From: an uncultured delta proteobacterium
GTDB taxonomy: Bacteria; Myxococcota_A; Polyangia; Polyangiales; Polyangiaceae
NCBI GenBank assembly: GCA_963696385.1
Contig: CAVOKF010000007.1
Span: forward strand, 992,001-1,056,000
Reading direction: 5' to 3'
Length of the DNA: 64,000 nt
Shown here: piece after piece, positions 49,927 through 58,996 of the stretch
Layout of the letters: the number at the start of each line of letters is the position of its first letter
Numbering within the stretch: position 1 is the first letter of the stretch
Notes under the pieces: model-generated
Database searches by the model: none
Seen by the model: the letters and a program-made list of their open reading frames with translations, nothing else
Told to the model about the DNA's origin: nothing
Program-made: the position numbers and the translations under genes

Positions 49927-51531
49927 TTACGCCGTGGCGCGTTTGAGCCGATCCATCGCCGCCATCAGCTGACGCAGACTTTGCTGCTGGGCACTGGCGC
50001 TGGACTCGATCTTGGCGGCGGAGGCGAGCATCTGTTGACTGCCGGTCGCTTGCGATTTGTGGCTCGTGTTGAGCTGGCCGACCATGCTCGAAATGTTCTC
50101 GATGGCCCCGGAGATTTGACGTCCACCGCGCGCCTGCTCTTGCGAGCTGCGTTCGACGTGCTGCGTGATGATTCGCATTTTCTCGGCACTCTTCATGATG
50201 AGCTCCGAACCACGCGCTTGCTCCGCCGTCGCGGCGGCGATTTGCTGCACGGTTTCGGCGATGCGACCGATGGCGTCGGTCACCTGCTTGCTGCCCTTGG
50301 CTTGCTCCACCGTCGCTCGCGCGATCGCGCGGACCATGTTCGTGCTCTTTTGCGAACTCTCGAGGATTTTTTTGAGCGCCCTCTCCGCTTCATTCGACAC
50401 TTCGACCCCCCGGTCGACGTTGTGCGCGCCGCGCTCGACGGCCGCGATCGCGTTCTTGCTCTCGGTTTGCACGGTCTTGATGAGGTCCGTGATTTCGCGC
50501 GTACTCGCACCGGCACGCTCCGCGAGATCCTTGATCTCGTCGGCGACGACGGCGAAGCCCTTGCCTTGCTCGCCCGCTTGCGCGGCGATGATGGCGGCGT
50601 TCAGGGCGAGCAGGTTCGTCTGCTCGGCGACGTCATCGATGACGTTCACGATCTGCCCGATGGCCTCGATGCGCGATCCCAGCGTCGAGATGACCGAAAC
50701 CGCCTCCTGCGAGCTCTCCTTGATGCGATAAATCTCGCTGATCGTCTTGAGGATGGCTTCGGCGCCCTTCTCCGCATCGAGCGCCACTTCCTCGGAGAGT
50801 CGGGCCGTCTCGTTGGCGTTACTCTGCACCTGGTCGATCGAGACATCCATTTCATTCATCGAACTGCTGGTCTCTTCGGCCGTGAGCGAGAGAGCATCGA
50901 CGTTCTTCGCCACCTCCTTGATGGAGTACGCCATCTCTTCGATCGAGCTGACCGTCTCGCGCACGCTTCCTGCAAGCTCGCCGACGTTCTCGGCCACCTC
51001 GTCGTTCGTCGCGGTCATCTCGAGGATCGAGCTCGACGATTCTTCTGCGCTCTGCGTGAGAGCCTCGATGTGCGCTGCGATTTCGTGAACGGACTTGGTG
51101 AGCTCCCGGATTAGACGCGACGTTTCCTCGACGGCTGCCACCTGGCCCTGCACGTTGGCGTCGAGACGGTGGGCGCTGTCCTCGAGCGTGCGATCGTATT
51201 CGCTCATTTGCGCGCGGCACGCCACGAGTTCTTCGCGATCCTTGCGGCGCTGGTCGCTCAGGTCGCCCAGCAACTGGTACAGTTGCAGCGTGTCGCCCGC
51301 CGCCTCAGCCGGGACATCCGGGCGCTCGCCGGAAGACGCGCGCCGCGCCGCATCGACGACCCTGTGAAGCGAAGCCGGCGCCCCCGCCGTACCGCTCAAT
51401 GCAATCGCGATGAGCCCCACGATGGCGACGCCGAAGATTCGAGGACCCGCGTCCCGAGCGAGCAAGGCGCCACCGGCTCCTGCCAGCAACATCGCGAGCA
51501 TGCCGAACAGTTGTTTGGGCGACAGGGTCAT
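49927..51531 (-). CDS. Methyl-accepting chemotaxis protein
   Basis: Two N-terminal TMs, long heptad region, signalling tip [40 protein letters not shown]. Confidence 0.92.
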   Translation of the reverse strand: MTLSPKQLFGMLAMLLAGAGGALLARDAGPRIFGVAIVGLIAIALSGTAGAPASLHRVVDAARRASSGERPDVPAEAAGDTLQLYQLLGDLSDQRRKDREELVACRAQMSEYDRTLEDSAHRLDANVQGQVAAVEETSRLIRELTKSVHEIAAHIEALTQSAEESSSSILEMTATNDEVAENVGELAGSVRETVSSIEEMAYSIKEVAKNVDALSLTAEETSSSMNEMDVSIDQVQSNANETARLSEEVALDAEKGAEAILKTISEIYRIKESSQEAVSVISTLGSRIEAIGQIVNVIDDVAEQTNLLALNAAIIAAQAGEQGKGFAVVADEIKDLAERAGASTREITDLIKTVQTESKNAIAAVERGAHNVDRGVEVSNEAERALKKILESSQKSTNMVRAIARATVEQAKGSKQVTDAIGRIAETVQQIAAATAEQARGSELIMKSAEKMRIITQHVERSSQEQARGGRQISGAIENISSMVGQLNTSHKSQATGSQQMLASAAKIESSASAQQQSLRQLMAAMDRLKRATA

Positions 51532-51605
51532 CTAGTCGGGCGAGCCCTACCTTGATCCCGGAAGTTACCGGGCCGGGGTCGCCGGACGCAAGGAAAGCTC
51601 GCCGC

Positions 51606-52520
51606 GTGGGGCACTTAGCCCTTACCTTTCGACTCGTGCTCGCCGCACCGCCCATTCCTTCCGGCTGCCCGGGCGCCACGGCGCTCGTGGCCCTTCGGTT
51701 CGAGGACGTCAGCCAAGACGGGCGACTGGTGCTCGAGGCGCTTCCGCACTCCCTGCAGCCCATTTGGGCCGTCTTCGCCGATAACGCCTCGGTCCGTGCC
51801 TGCCACGAGCGAGGCATCATTCCCATTCTCACGAGGTTCGTATTGGAGGGAGCGCCGGGGCCGTTCTCCGCCCAGGTTGCCGTGCTCTCGGAAGCCAACT
51901 ACCGAATTGCGCGGGCCGACGACGGACGCATCGTGCTCGACATGTGGGCGGCGCTGTCGGCGCCGATCGGCCGCACGTACGACCCGCGACTCGCCGGCGC
52001 TGCTCGGTTGCCCGCCGGCCGCGTCTTCGCCGAGCACGTGTTCACGCGTCCGTTCGCACCGCCGGGCGATCGCCGTGTGGTCGCACTCGACTTCGATGGG
52101 GCACCCGACATCCGAGACCAGCGTGCGTCTCTATCGCCCCCGCACGGCATCTTGACGCTGCCCGTCACGGCGCGCGCCCTGGATTCCGAACTGTCCCTGG
52201 ATCCGGTCCCCGTCACGTTCGGACTCGTGCACACCGACAGCAACCTGCACGTCAACTCGCTCGCATACATCCGCCTCTTCGAGGAGGCGGCGTTGCGACG
52301 CTTCTATGAGAGGGGCCAGGGCTCGAAGCGGCTCGGCCGGCGCCTCGACATCGCCTACCGCAAGCCGTGCTTTGCCGGGCAGCGGATGCGCGTAGCCATG
52401 CAGGCGTTCGAGGACGGCGGTGTGCTCGGAATCGTCGCCGCCCTCGTGGACGAGGCGTGGGCCGCCGGCGTGGATCGCGGCCCCCCGCACGCCTATGCGC
52501 GAATGGAGTTCGAGGCCTAG
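51606..52520 (+). CDS. Double hot-dog fold, acyl-ACP thioesterase-like protein
   Basis: LRFEDVSQDG in the first half; HTDSNLHVNSLAY and IAYRKPCFAG in the second half. Start uncertain (51552 or 51606). Confidence 0.65.
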   Translation: MGHLALTFRLVLAAPPIPSGCPGATALVALRFEDVSQDGRLVLEALPHSLQPIWAVFADNASVRACHERGIIPILTRFVLEGAPGPFSAQVAVLSEANYRIARADDGRIVLDMWAALSAPIGRTYDPRLAGAARLPAGRVFAEHVFTRPFAPPGDRRVVALDFDGAPDIRDQRASLSPPHGILTLPVTARALDSELSLDPVPVTFGLVHTDSNLHVNSLAYIRLFEEAALRRFYERGQGSKRLGRRLDIAYRKPCFAGQRMRVAMQAFEDGGVLGIVAALVDEAWAAGVDRGPPHAYARMEFEA

Positions 52521-52569
52521 CGTCCAACCGACTCGAAAGGAGCCGGCCGATGCGACGTCTCGCATCGGA

Positions 52570-53655
52570 TCAGATCTCGGTCCAATTTTTCCGAATGGCG
52601 TCGAGCGCCTCCATGACGTGCAGCGTGTCGTCGAGCGGCATCCCGGGGCTCTCGTGCAGGCCGACGCGCAAGCAGCGCATCGCCTCGATGGCTTGATGGC
52701 AGTACCCATTGCCTCGGTAGGGCCGCACGACGGTCGCCCCTCGCATCCACGACGGAACCGGGACCGCCGCACGGATGGTTCGCGCGACCCGGCGCATGCA
52801 CCGATCTCCGAGGCTCGGACGGATCGCGGCATCTGGCCGCGTTCCGACGAGCAACTGCCGGTGGGTCCGTACGACCGTAAAAGCGTTGGGGCGGTACAAG
52901 GGCTCGTGCAGCGCGGCCCAGCCGGACGTCCCCGCCACGGTGGCGCCGTTGGAGAGCCGCGTCCGAAGGCTCGCGCCAATCGACGACCGACAACCGCCCG
53001 CGTGACTCAGCAGAGCCGCGACGCGTTCGTCGACACCGGTGGCGCCCATGGTCACAACGCTCTTGACCGCAGTGATGGGCCCGAAGAGGAGCACGGCCAG
53101 CGAGACCGTGTACACGCCGAGATCGAGGAGCGCGCCTCCGCCGAGCGCGGGGTCGAAAAGGCGGTGGGCCGGATCGACGTCGAAGCAGTGGCCCAATTCA
53201 ATCGTGGCGGACTGGACCTGCCCAAGGGCTCCAGCGCGCACGCGGTCGACCAGCTCGATGACCGCGGGCATGAAGCGCATCCACATCGCCTCCATGCAAA
53301 ATACGCTCTGATGGCGAGCCAGAGCGATGACCTCGCGCGCCTCGGTCGCGTCGAGCATGAACGGCTTTTCGCAAAGCAGGGATTTGCCTGCATCGATCAT
53401 CATCAGCGCGCTCGGTCGATGGTCGGAGTTCGGAGTCGCGACGTACACGATGTCGACGTCGGGGTCGCGCGCAAGCGCCTCGTAACTCGCGTGAGCGCGG
53501 TCCACCCGAAATCGATCCGCGAATGCGACGGCCCTCGCGCGTTCCCGAGAGGCTACCGCCACCAGCCGCGCCCCCGGCGCTTGGGCCAGTCCCTCCGCGA
53601 ATTGCCTGGCAATCCAGCCCGTTCCGACGATCCCCCATCCGACCGATTGGCTCAT
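52570..53655 (-). CDS. Gfo/Idh/MocA-family oxidoreductase
   Basis: WGIVGTGWIA, DIVYVATPNSDH, CEKP, MEAMWMRF, GGGALLDLGVY; ATGA overlap with galE. Confidence 0.9.
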   Translation of the reverse strand: MSQSVGWGIVGTGWIARQFAEGLAQAPGARLVAVASRERARAVAFADRFRVDRAHASYEALARDPDVDIVYVATPNSDHRPSALMMIDAGKSLLCEKPFMLDATEAREVIALARHQSVFCMEAMWMRFMPAVIELVDRVRAGALGQVQSATIELGHCFDVDPAHRLFDPALGGGALLDLGVYTVSLAVLLFGPITAVKSVVTMGATGVDERVAALLSHAGGCRSSIGASLRTRLSNGATVAGTSGWAALHEPLYRPNAFTVVRTHRQLLVGTRPDAAIRPSLGDRCMRRVARTIRAAVPVPSWMRGATVVRPYRGNGYCHQAIEAMRCLRVGLHESPGMPLDDTLHVMEALDAIRKNWTEI

Positions 53656-54626
53656 CGGCTTTCGGAGTGGAATCGCCACGCGTCGGTCACGATTTCTTCC
53701 AAGGTCGGCCTCTCGGCCCGCCAACCGAGCGCCCGCTCAGCCCAGCTCGCCGAAGCCACCAACCGCGGCGGATCGCCCGGGCGGCGAGGCCCGTAGGCGA
53801 CCGGAATCGTCCGCTGGGTCACGCGTCTGGCCACGGCAATCACGTCCTCTACCGAGTGCCCGCGGCCCGTACCCAAATTGAATGCGCCGCTGTCGCCCCC
53901 GGCTTTCAGGTACTCCAGCGCCGCAAGGTGCGCTTCGCAAAGATCGACGACGTGGATGTAGTCACGGATGCAGGTGCCGTCGGGCGTATCGTAATCGGTG
54001 CCGAACACCTCGACGCGATCTCTCTGCCCGAGCGCCGCTTCGAGCACAATGGGGATGAGATGCGTCTCAGGGCGATGTCGCTCGCCGAGTCCGCTCGCGA
54101 CGTCGGCGCCCGCCGCGTTGAAGTAGCGGAGGGCCGCGTAGCGAATTCCGTACGCGCGAGCGTACGACGCCAGCATCCGTTCGATGGCGAGCTTGGTATC
54201 GCCGTAGGGGTTCACCGGCTGCGTGGGGTGGCCTTCGTCGATGGGAAGGCGAATCGGATCGCCGTAAACGGCGGCGGTCGACGAAAGAATGAAGATGCCG
54301 ACACGAGCGTCGAGCGCGCTTTCCAAGAGGGAAATCGCAGCGCCCAAGTTGCCTCGATAATGCAACCGAGGATCGCGAACCGACTCACCGACCTGAATGC
54401 GCGAGGCGAAGTGCAAGATCGCCTCGACCCGCTCTGAGGCGAGCAAGCCCGCAACGCGGATTCGGTCCGCGACGTCGATCTCGGCGAAGCCGACGTCGGA
54501 CGGGACCGCCTCGCGATGGCCCGACGACAGGTCGTCCACGACAAGAACCTCGTGTCGCGCCGCCCGCAGCCGAGCGACCATGTGCGATCCGATGTAGCCC
54601 GCTCCGCCCGTCACGAGGACTCGCAT
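53652..54626 (-). CDS. galE: UDP-glucose 4-epimerase
   Basis: VTGGAGYIGSH, SSTAAVYG, YGDTK, LRYFNAAGA, PETHLIP, DGTCIRDYIHV. Confidence 0.95.
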   Translation of the reverse strand: MRVLVTGGAGYIGSHMVARLRAARHEVLVVDDLSSGHREAVPSDVGFAEIDVADRIRVAGLLASERVEAILHFASRIQVGESVRDPRLHYRGNLGAAISLLESALDARVGIFILSSTAAVYGDPIRLPIDEGHPTQPVNPYGDTKLAIERMLASYARAYGIRYAALRYFNAAGADVASGLGERHRPETHLIPIVLEAALGQRDRVEVFGTDYDTPDGTCIRDYIHVVDLCEAHLAALEYLKAGGDSGAFNLGTGRGHSVEDVIAVARRVTQRTIPVAYGPRRPGDPPRLVASASWAERALGWRAERPTLEEIVTDAWRFHSESR

Positions 54627-54673
54627 GGCGCGCGATCCTTATATTACCTCGCAGGACGCGCCCCGCCCCCCCG

Positions 54674-55888
54674 TCAATGGCCGCTGCCTTTCAACACGAA
54701 CGTGTCCGCCGCCGTCGGCGGCACTCCGGTAACCGGCTCCGCATCGATGTCGGCCGATGATGCGTCGTTTCCGGCAGACGTCCATTCGTACACGTACCAG
54801 GAGTCGGCGTACGTCGACAGGTTGGGCATGATGTCGTTGGCAAAATAATAGGCGGCGGCGGTCGTTCCCGCCCCCTGCCCCGCACCGGCGGCCGTAAAGC
54901 AGAGCGTCCCGCTCACCGGCTCGACCGCAATCACGAGCAGGAAGTAATCGTGGGTCGGCGTCAGGTTCGCCAGCGTGTCGGTGACGACGACGGTACCGGT
55001 GCTTCGCTCCACGATCGAGACCGTCGTCACACCCGAATCGGCGTCCGTCTGGTACGGAGCAATGTACGCGGGAGTGATCCCGTTCATGTCGAGATACGCG
55101 ACGCTCGTTTGTCCGTACGCTCCGCCGCCGGCGACGAGCGTGGTTCCGGGACCGAGCAGAGGACGGTGCGTCGCCTGATCGAAGTCGGTTCCGGCGTCTT
55201 GCTGAATCGTCGTGAACGTCACGGGGGTCGGCAGACAGCCCATCAGACCGGTCGCGATGGTATTTCCAGCGTCGTTGTCGACCGGAAACTGGTCATCGAC
55301 GACGGCGGCGTGCGGATTTTCGGAAATGTTGCCCAGCACGGCGTCGCTGCACAGGGAGGCCGCGCAAAACTGCGTCGTCGAGCAGGCCGTTGCGCACGCA
55401 CCGCAGTGGTTCGGATCTCGGGTCGTATCGACGCACGATCCCGCGCAGCAACTGAGGGCTCCGGCGCAGCCGGATCCGCCCTCGCCCGCGTCCACCTGAC
55501 ATTGCGCCGCGTCCGGCGCGGCCTCGGTGCTGCCGTCGAGCCCGGCTTCGGTGCTGCCGTCGACCGCGGCCTCGGTGCTGCCGTCGAGCGTGTTCCCCAC
55601 GTCCCCGAGTGCGTCGGCGGCGTCGGTCGTCGAGGGGGCGTCTGCCGCATCGCCCTCGGCGGCTTCGCCGACCGACGCGTCTCCGGCCTCGCCGCTTGTT
55701 GCATCGCTCAATCCATCGGTGCCGCTGGCATCGAGCGACGCATCGCGGCCGGTCGCGTCGGAGGTCGATCCGTCGTTCGGGGTCGAGGCATCGCTCTCGC
55801 CGCCACCCGAACCGCCACCGCCGCAGTGCACGACGAGCAAGGAAAGGGCAGCTGCCGCACCGATCAGGGCGGCCTGAAGACTTCGCAT
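54674..55888 (-). CDS. Putative lipoprotein with acidic linker and myxobacterial Cys-rich repeat
   Basis: Signal peptide ending LLVVHC, Asp/Ala-rich linker, CCAGSCVDTTRDPNHCGACATAC, then a globular C-terminal domain. Confidence 0.75.
   Translation of the reverse strand: MRSLQAALIGAAAALSLLVVHCGGGGSGGGESDASTPNDGSTSDATGRDASLDASGTDGLSDATSGEAGDASVGEAAEGDAADAPSTTDAADALGDVGNTLDGSTEAAVDGSTEAGLDGSTEAAPDAAQCQVDAGEGGSGCAGALSCCAGSCVDTTRDPNHCGACATACSTTQFCAASLCSDAVLGNISENPHAAVVDDQFPVDNDAGNTIATGLMGCLPTPVTFTTIQQDAGTDFDQATHRPLLGPGTTLVAGGGAYGQTSVAYLDMNGITPAYIAPYQTDADSGVTTVSIVERSTGTVVVTDTLANLTPTHDYFLLVIAVEPVSGTLCFTAAGAGQGAGTTAAAYYFANDIMPNLSTYADSWYVYEWTSAGNDASSADIDAEPVTGVPPTAADTFVLKGSGH
55518..55589. repeat. 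3 x 24-bp intragenic tandem repeat encoding (L/V)DGSTEA(A/G)
   Basis: GCGGCCTCGGTGCTGCCGTCGAGC / CCGGCTTCGGTGCTGCCGTCGACC / GCGGCCTCGGTGCTGCCGTCGAGC. Confidence 0.9.
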
Positions 55889-56035
55889 GGGGATTCTCCG
55901 ATCGCGGCCAACATTATCAGTTCGAGGGGTGCAACGCCGCTCCTCGTGCTTGCACGTGCCCCGATTCGGGGAGGGCGACGAGGTCGCTCGCCCGGTCCGT
56001 CACCGCGCGGGGGCCCTCTGCTATACCGCAGGCGC

Positions 56036-57061
56036 ATGAGCGCTATGGCCCCGTCCGCCCCGAGCCGCACGAGGGTCCTGTCCGGCATTCAGCCAAGCGG
56101 CGAGCTGCACATCGGCAACTGGCTCGGCGCCGTGCGCACGTGGAGCGAGCAGGTCGCCAGTCAGGGTGAGGACCTGCTGTTCTGCATCGTGGACGCCCAC
56201 GCGATCACCGTGGAATACGACCCCGTCGACCTGCGCGCGCGCATCGCCGACATGGCACGAGACCTCATCGCGTGCGGCCTCGATCCGGATCGGTGCACGC
56301 TCTTCGTTCAAAGCGACGTGCGGGAGCACACGGAGCTCGCATGGTACCTCGCGAACGTCACTCCTCTCGGCGATCTGCACCGGATGACTCAATTCAAAGA
56401 AAAGAGCGCGGGCAAGGAGCACGTGCTCGTGGGCCTCTTCACATACCCCATCCTGATGGCCGCGGACGTTCTCGTCTACAAGGCCCATGTCGTTCCGGTC
56501 GGAGAGGATCAGCTGCAGCACCTCGAGCTCGCACGCGACACGGCGCGTCGCTTCAATCACCGCTTCGGCGAGACGTTCCCCGAGCCGCAGGCGCGACTGT
56601 CGAACGCCCCCCGCATCCTGGGTCTCGATGGGCAGGGCAAGATGAGCAAGTCCAAAGGAAACACGATCGCGCTCTTCGACGACCGGGATGCCTTCTGGAA
56701 CAAACTCAGGGGGGCCTTCACCGATCCGCAGCGCCTTCGCAGGAGCGACCCCGGGCGCCCCGAGGTCTGCAATATCTATACGATGCACAAGGCACTCTCG
56801 ACACCGGACGAGGTCGATCGAACGTACAGGGAGTGCACGACCGCACAGCGCGGCTGTGTCGATTGCAAGAGAGTGCTCTTCGAGAGCTTCGACCGAGATC
56901 TCGTTCCACTACGGGCGAAACGGGCCGAGATCGGCGCACACCCCGAGCGGGCACGACAGGCCCTGGGCGACGGAGCCTCGAAGGCGCGGCGCATCGCGAC
57001 GCAGACGGTACGGCAGGTGCGCGACGCCATGGGTCTCGGAAGCGGCGTTCCTGCGCCGTGA
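56036..57061 (+). CDS. trpS: Tryptophan--tRNA ligase
   Basis: SGIQPSGELHIGNWLG, YPILMAAD, VPVGEDQ.QHLE, KMSKS. Confidence 0.96.
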   Translation: MSAMAPSAPSRTRVLSGIQPSGELHIGNWLGAVRTWSEQVASQGEDLLFCIVDAHAITVEYDPVDLRARIADMARDLIACGLDPDRCTLFVQSDVREHTELAWYLANVTPLGDLHRMTQFKEKSAGKEHVLVGLFTYPILMAADVLVYKAHVVPVGEDQLQHLELARDTARRFNHRFGETFPEPQARLSNAPRILGLDGQGKMSKSKGNTIALFDDRDAFWNKLRGAFTDPQRLRRSDPGRPEVCNIYTMHKALSTPDEVDRTYRECTTAQRGCVDCKRVLFESFDRDLVPLRAKRAEIGAHPERARQALGDGASKARRIATQTVRQVRDAMGLGSGVPAP

Positions 57062-57483
57062 AGCCCGCTGCGTGCGCCCTCGCCTTGGGGCTCTCGACGT
57101 CCACCGCGTGCAGTCATGCACCGCCGGATTCGACCCCCGAAGGCACGGTCCGGCTGTTTCTCGACGACATGGATTCTGCTGGGGACGATCCGGCTTCCGT
57201 GCGCCTCGCCTACGGACTGCTCGGGCCGGCGGCGCGCGCGAATCTCGGGGAGCGCGCTCGCCACACGAGCGAGCTTTTGGGGCGCCCGGTCGAGCCGTGG
57301 GCGATGATCGCGGCCGGGTTATTCGGCATCGCGTTTCGCCCGAAGGCCATGCGCTCGACGGTCGTCGGAGATCGCGCCACGGTGGACGTCGTCGGCGAAG
57401 ATCCGCACACCGAGCACGCAAGCGTGCTCTGCGTTCACGAGGGCACCGCGTGGCGCATCGAACCCGGTTTGCCGGAGCCTTAG
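57058..57483 (+). CDS. Hypothetical lipoprotein
   Basis: GTGA overlap with the trpS stop; signal ending STAC; TPEGTVRLFL...GDRATV...WRI resembles NTF2-like lipoproteins. Confidence 0.65.
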   Translation: MKPAACALALGLSTSTACSHAPPDSTPEGTVRLFLDDMDSAGDDPASVRLAYGLLGPAARANLGERARHTSELLGRPVEPWAMIAAGLFGIAFRPKAMRSTVVGDRATVDVVGEDPHTEHASVLCVHEGTAWRIEPGLPEP

Positions 57484-57535
57484 AAACGACCGCGCAGACC
57501 CGACCGACGTGGGCGGAGCGCCACCCCCGACGTCT

Positions 57536-58996
57536 CTAGCCCTCAACAGGTGGGTGCGCGGTTTTCTCGGACGCGATGTAGTCGATCACAATCTGGCTCA
57601 GCCCGGCGGGCAGGGCGCCGAATTCGACGCCGAGTGCGGCCTTTCCGCGGCCCTCGCGGGTCCAGCGGATGCTGCCCGCTACGACGACCATTTCGCCGGT
57701 CGTGGGCACAGCAAAACGCAAGTCGAGCGTCATACCCACCGAAAACGATTGCGGTGACAAAACGAGCATCCCCTCTACGCCGATCTCCTCACTGCGGGCT
57801 TCGACGGCTTCGGCGTTCGGACGCAAGAGAAGCACGGGAGTCACGTAGGGCGCGCGTGGACGTTGACGCCGCTCCGGTCTCGACGCCGCGCCCCCCGAGG
57901 GCGGCGCGCCAGCCCCGGATCGGGGGACCTTTCGACGCACCAGCTTGATCGCCTGTTCCGCTTGCTCCGGCTCGTCGCCTGCCCGATCGCCGCTCTCGGG
58001 AACATCCTCTGGCGGCGCAGACAGAAGATGCACGGGGTCGACCGGCGAGTAACTCGCTGCGACGATCGCGCGACCGAGCTCGAGGATGGATTGGAAGCGC
58101 GCTCCGGGATCTTTTTCGAGCGCGTGTTCGATCACGGTCGCGAGACCGGCTGGGGTTTCCGGTCGCCGGTCGCGCACCCTCGGGGGCGATCTCGCGTTCG
58201 AGACCTGCACGACGACGTCCGGGTACGCACCGCCATAGGGGACTTCGCCGGTTAGGCACTCGTAGAGTGTCATGCCGGTCGCATAAACGTCGGTGCGCTC
58301 GTCGACCTCACGACCCCAAAGCTGCTCGGGAGCCATGTATTCGGGTGTCCCGAGCACCTCGTGGGCCGTCGTCAGTTTGCGATCGAACGGCCCGTGCTGA
58401 CCCGTGCCCATTGCAGCGACGCCGAGGTCGATGAGCTTGATCTTTTCCCGACCGATTTCGTTTCGCGCGACAAATACGTTGCTGGGCTTGAGATCGCGAT
58501 GGACGATCCCGCGCCCGTGAGCGTATGCGAGCGTGTCGCAGACGTGAGCGCCGACGTGAACCGTCTCCGCGACGGACAGGCGGCGGCGAGAGGCGAGAAT
58601 GCCGTCGAGCGTACGTCCTTCGAGCATTTCGAGGACCAGATAAGGGCCGTGCTCGCCGCAAACCCCGGCATCCAGGACCTCGACGAACCCCGGGTGGCGG
58701 ACGATTGCCAGGGCGTGCGCTTCGCGGAGCAGACGCGCTCGAGCCTCCTTGAGCTGCCGACACGCGTCGTGCAGAAGCTTCAGCGCGACGATTTGACGCG
58801 TGAACCGGTGATACGCCTCGAAGACGAGGCCCATTCCCCCGTGCGCCACGAGTCTCCGAAGCTCGTAACGGGTGTCGACGATCGCGCCGACGAGCGATTC
58901 GCTCACGCCTTCCAAAGCGATCATCATACTCTCAGGGTCGGCGGAGCGCCCGTCGTCCGCGGCGCTCGCCCTCGCCGCAGCGCCTCGAAGCATCAC
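57536..58996 (-). CDS. Cytoplasmic Ser/Thr protein kinase with C-terminal PilZ domain
   Basis: HGGMGLV, VALK, HRDLKPSN, DLG, GTPEYMAPE; C-terminal ERRQRPR...IRWTRE...LGVEF PilZ. Confidence 0.88.
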   Translation of the reverse strand: MMLRGAAARASAADDGRSADPESMMIALEGVSESLVGAIVDTRYELRRLVAHGGMGLVFEAYHRFTRQIVALKLLHDACRQLKEARARLLREAHALAIVRHPGFVEVLDAGVCGEHGPYLVLEMLEGRTLDGILASRRRLSVAETVHVGAHVCDTLAYAHGRGIVHRDLKPSNVFVARNEIGREKIKLIDLGVAAMGTGQHGPFDRKLTTAHEVLGTPEYMAPEQLWGREVDERTDVYATGMTLYECLTGEVPYGGAYPDVVVQVSNARSPPRVRDRRPETPAGLATVIEHALEKDPGARFQSILELGRAIVAASYSPVDPVHLLSAPPEDVPESGDRAGDEPEQAEQAIKLVRRKVPRSGAGAPPSGGAASRPERRQRPRAPYVTPVLLLRPNAEAVEARSEEIGVEGMLVLSPQSFSVGMTLDLRFAVPTTGEMVVVAGSIRWTREGRGKAALGVEFGALPAGLSQIVIDYIASEKTAHPPVEG

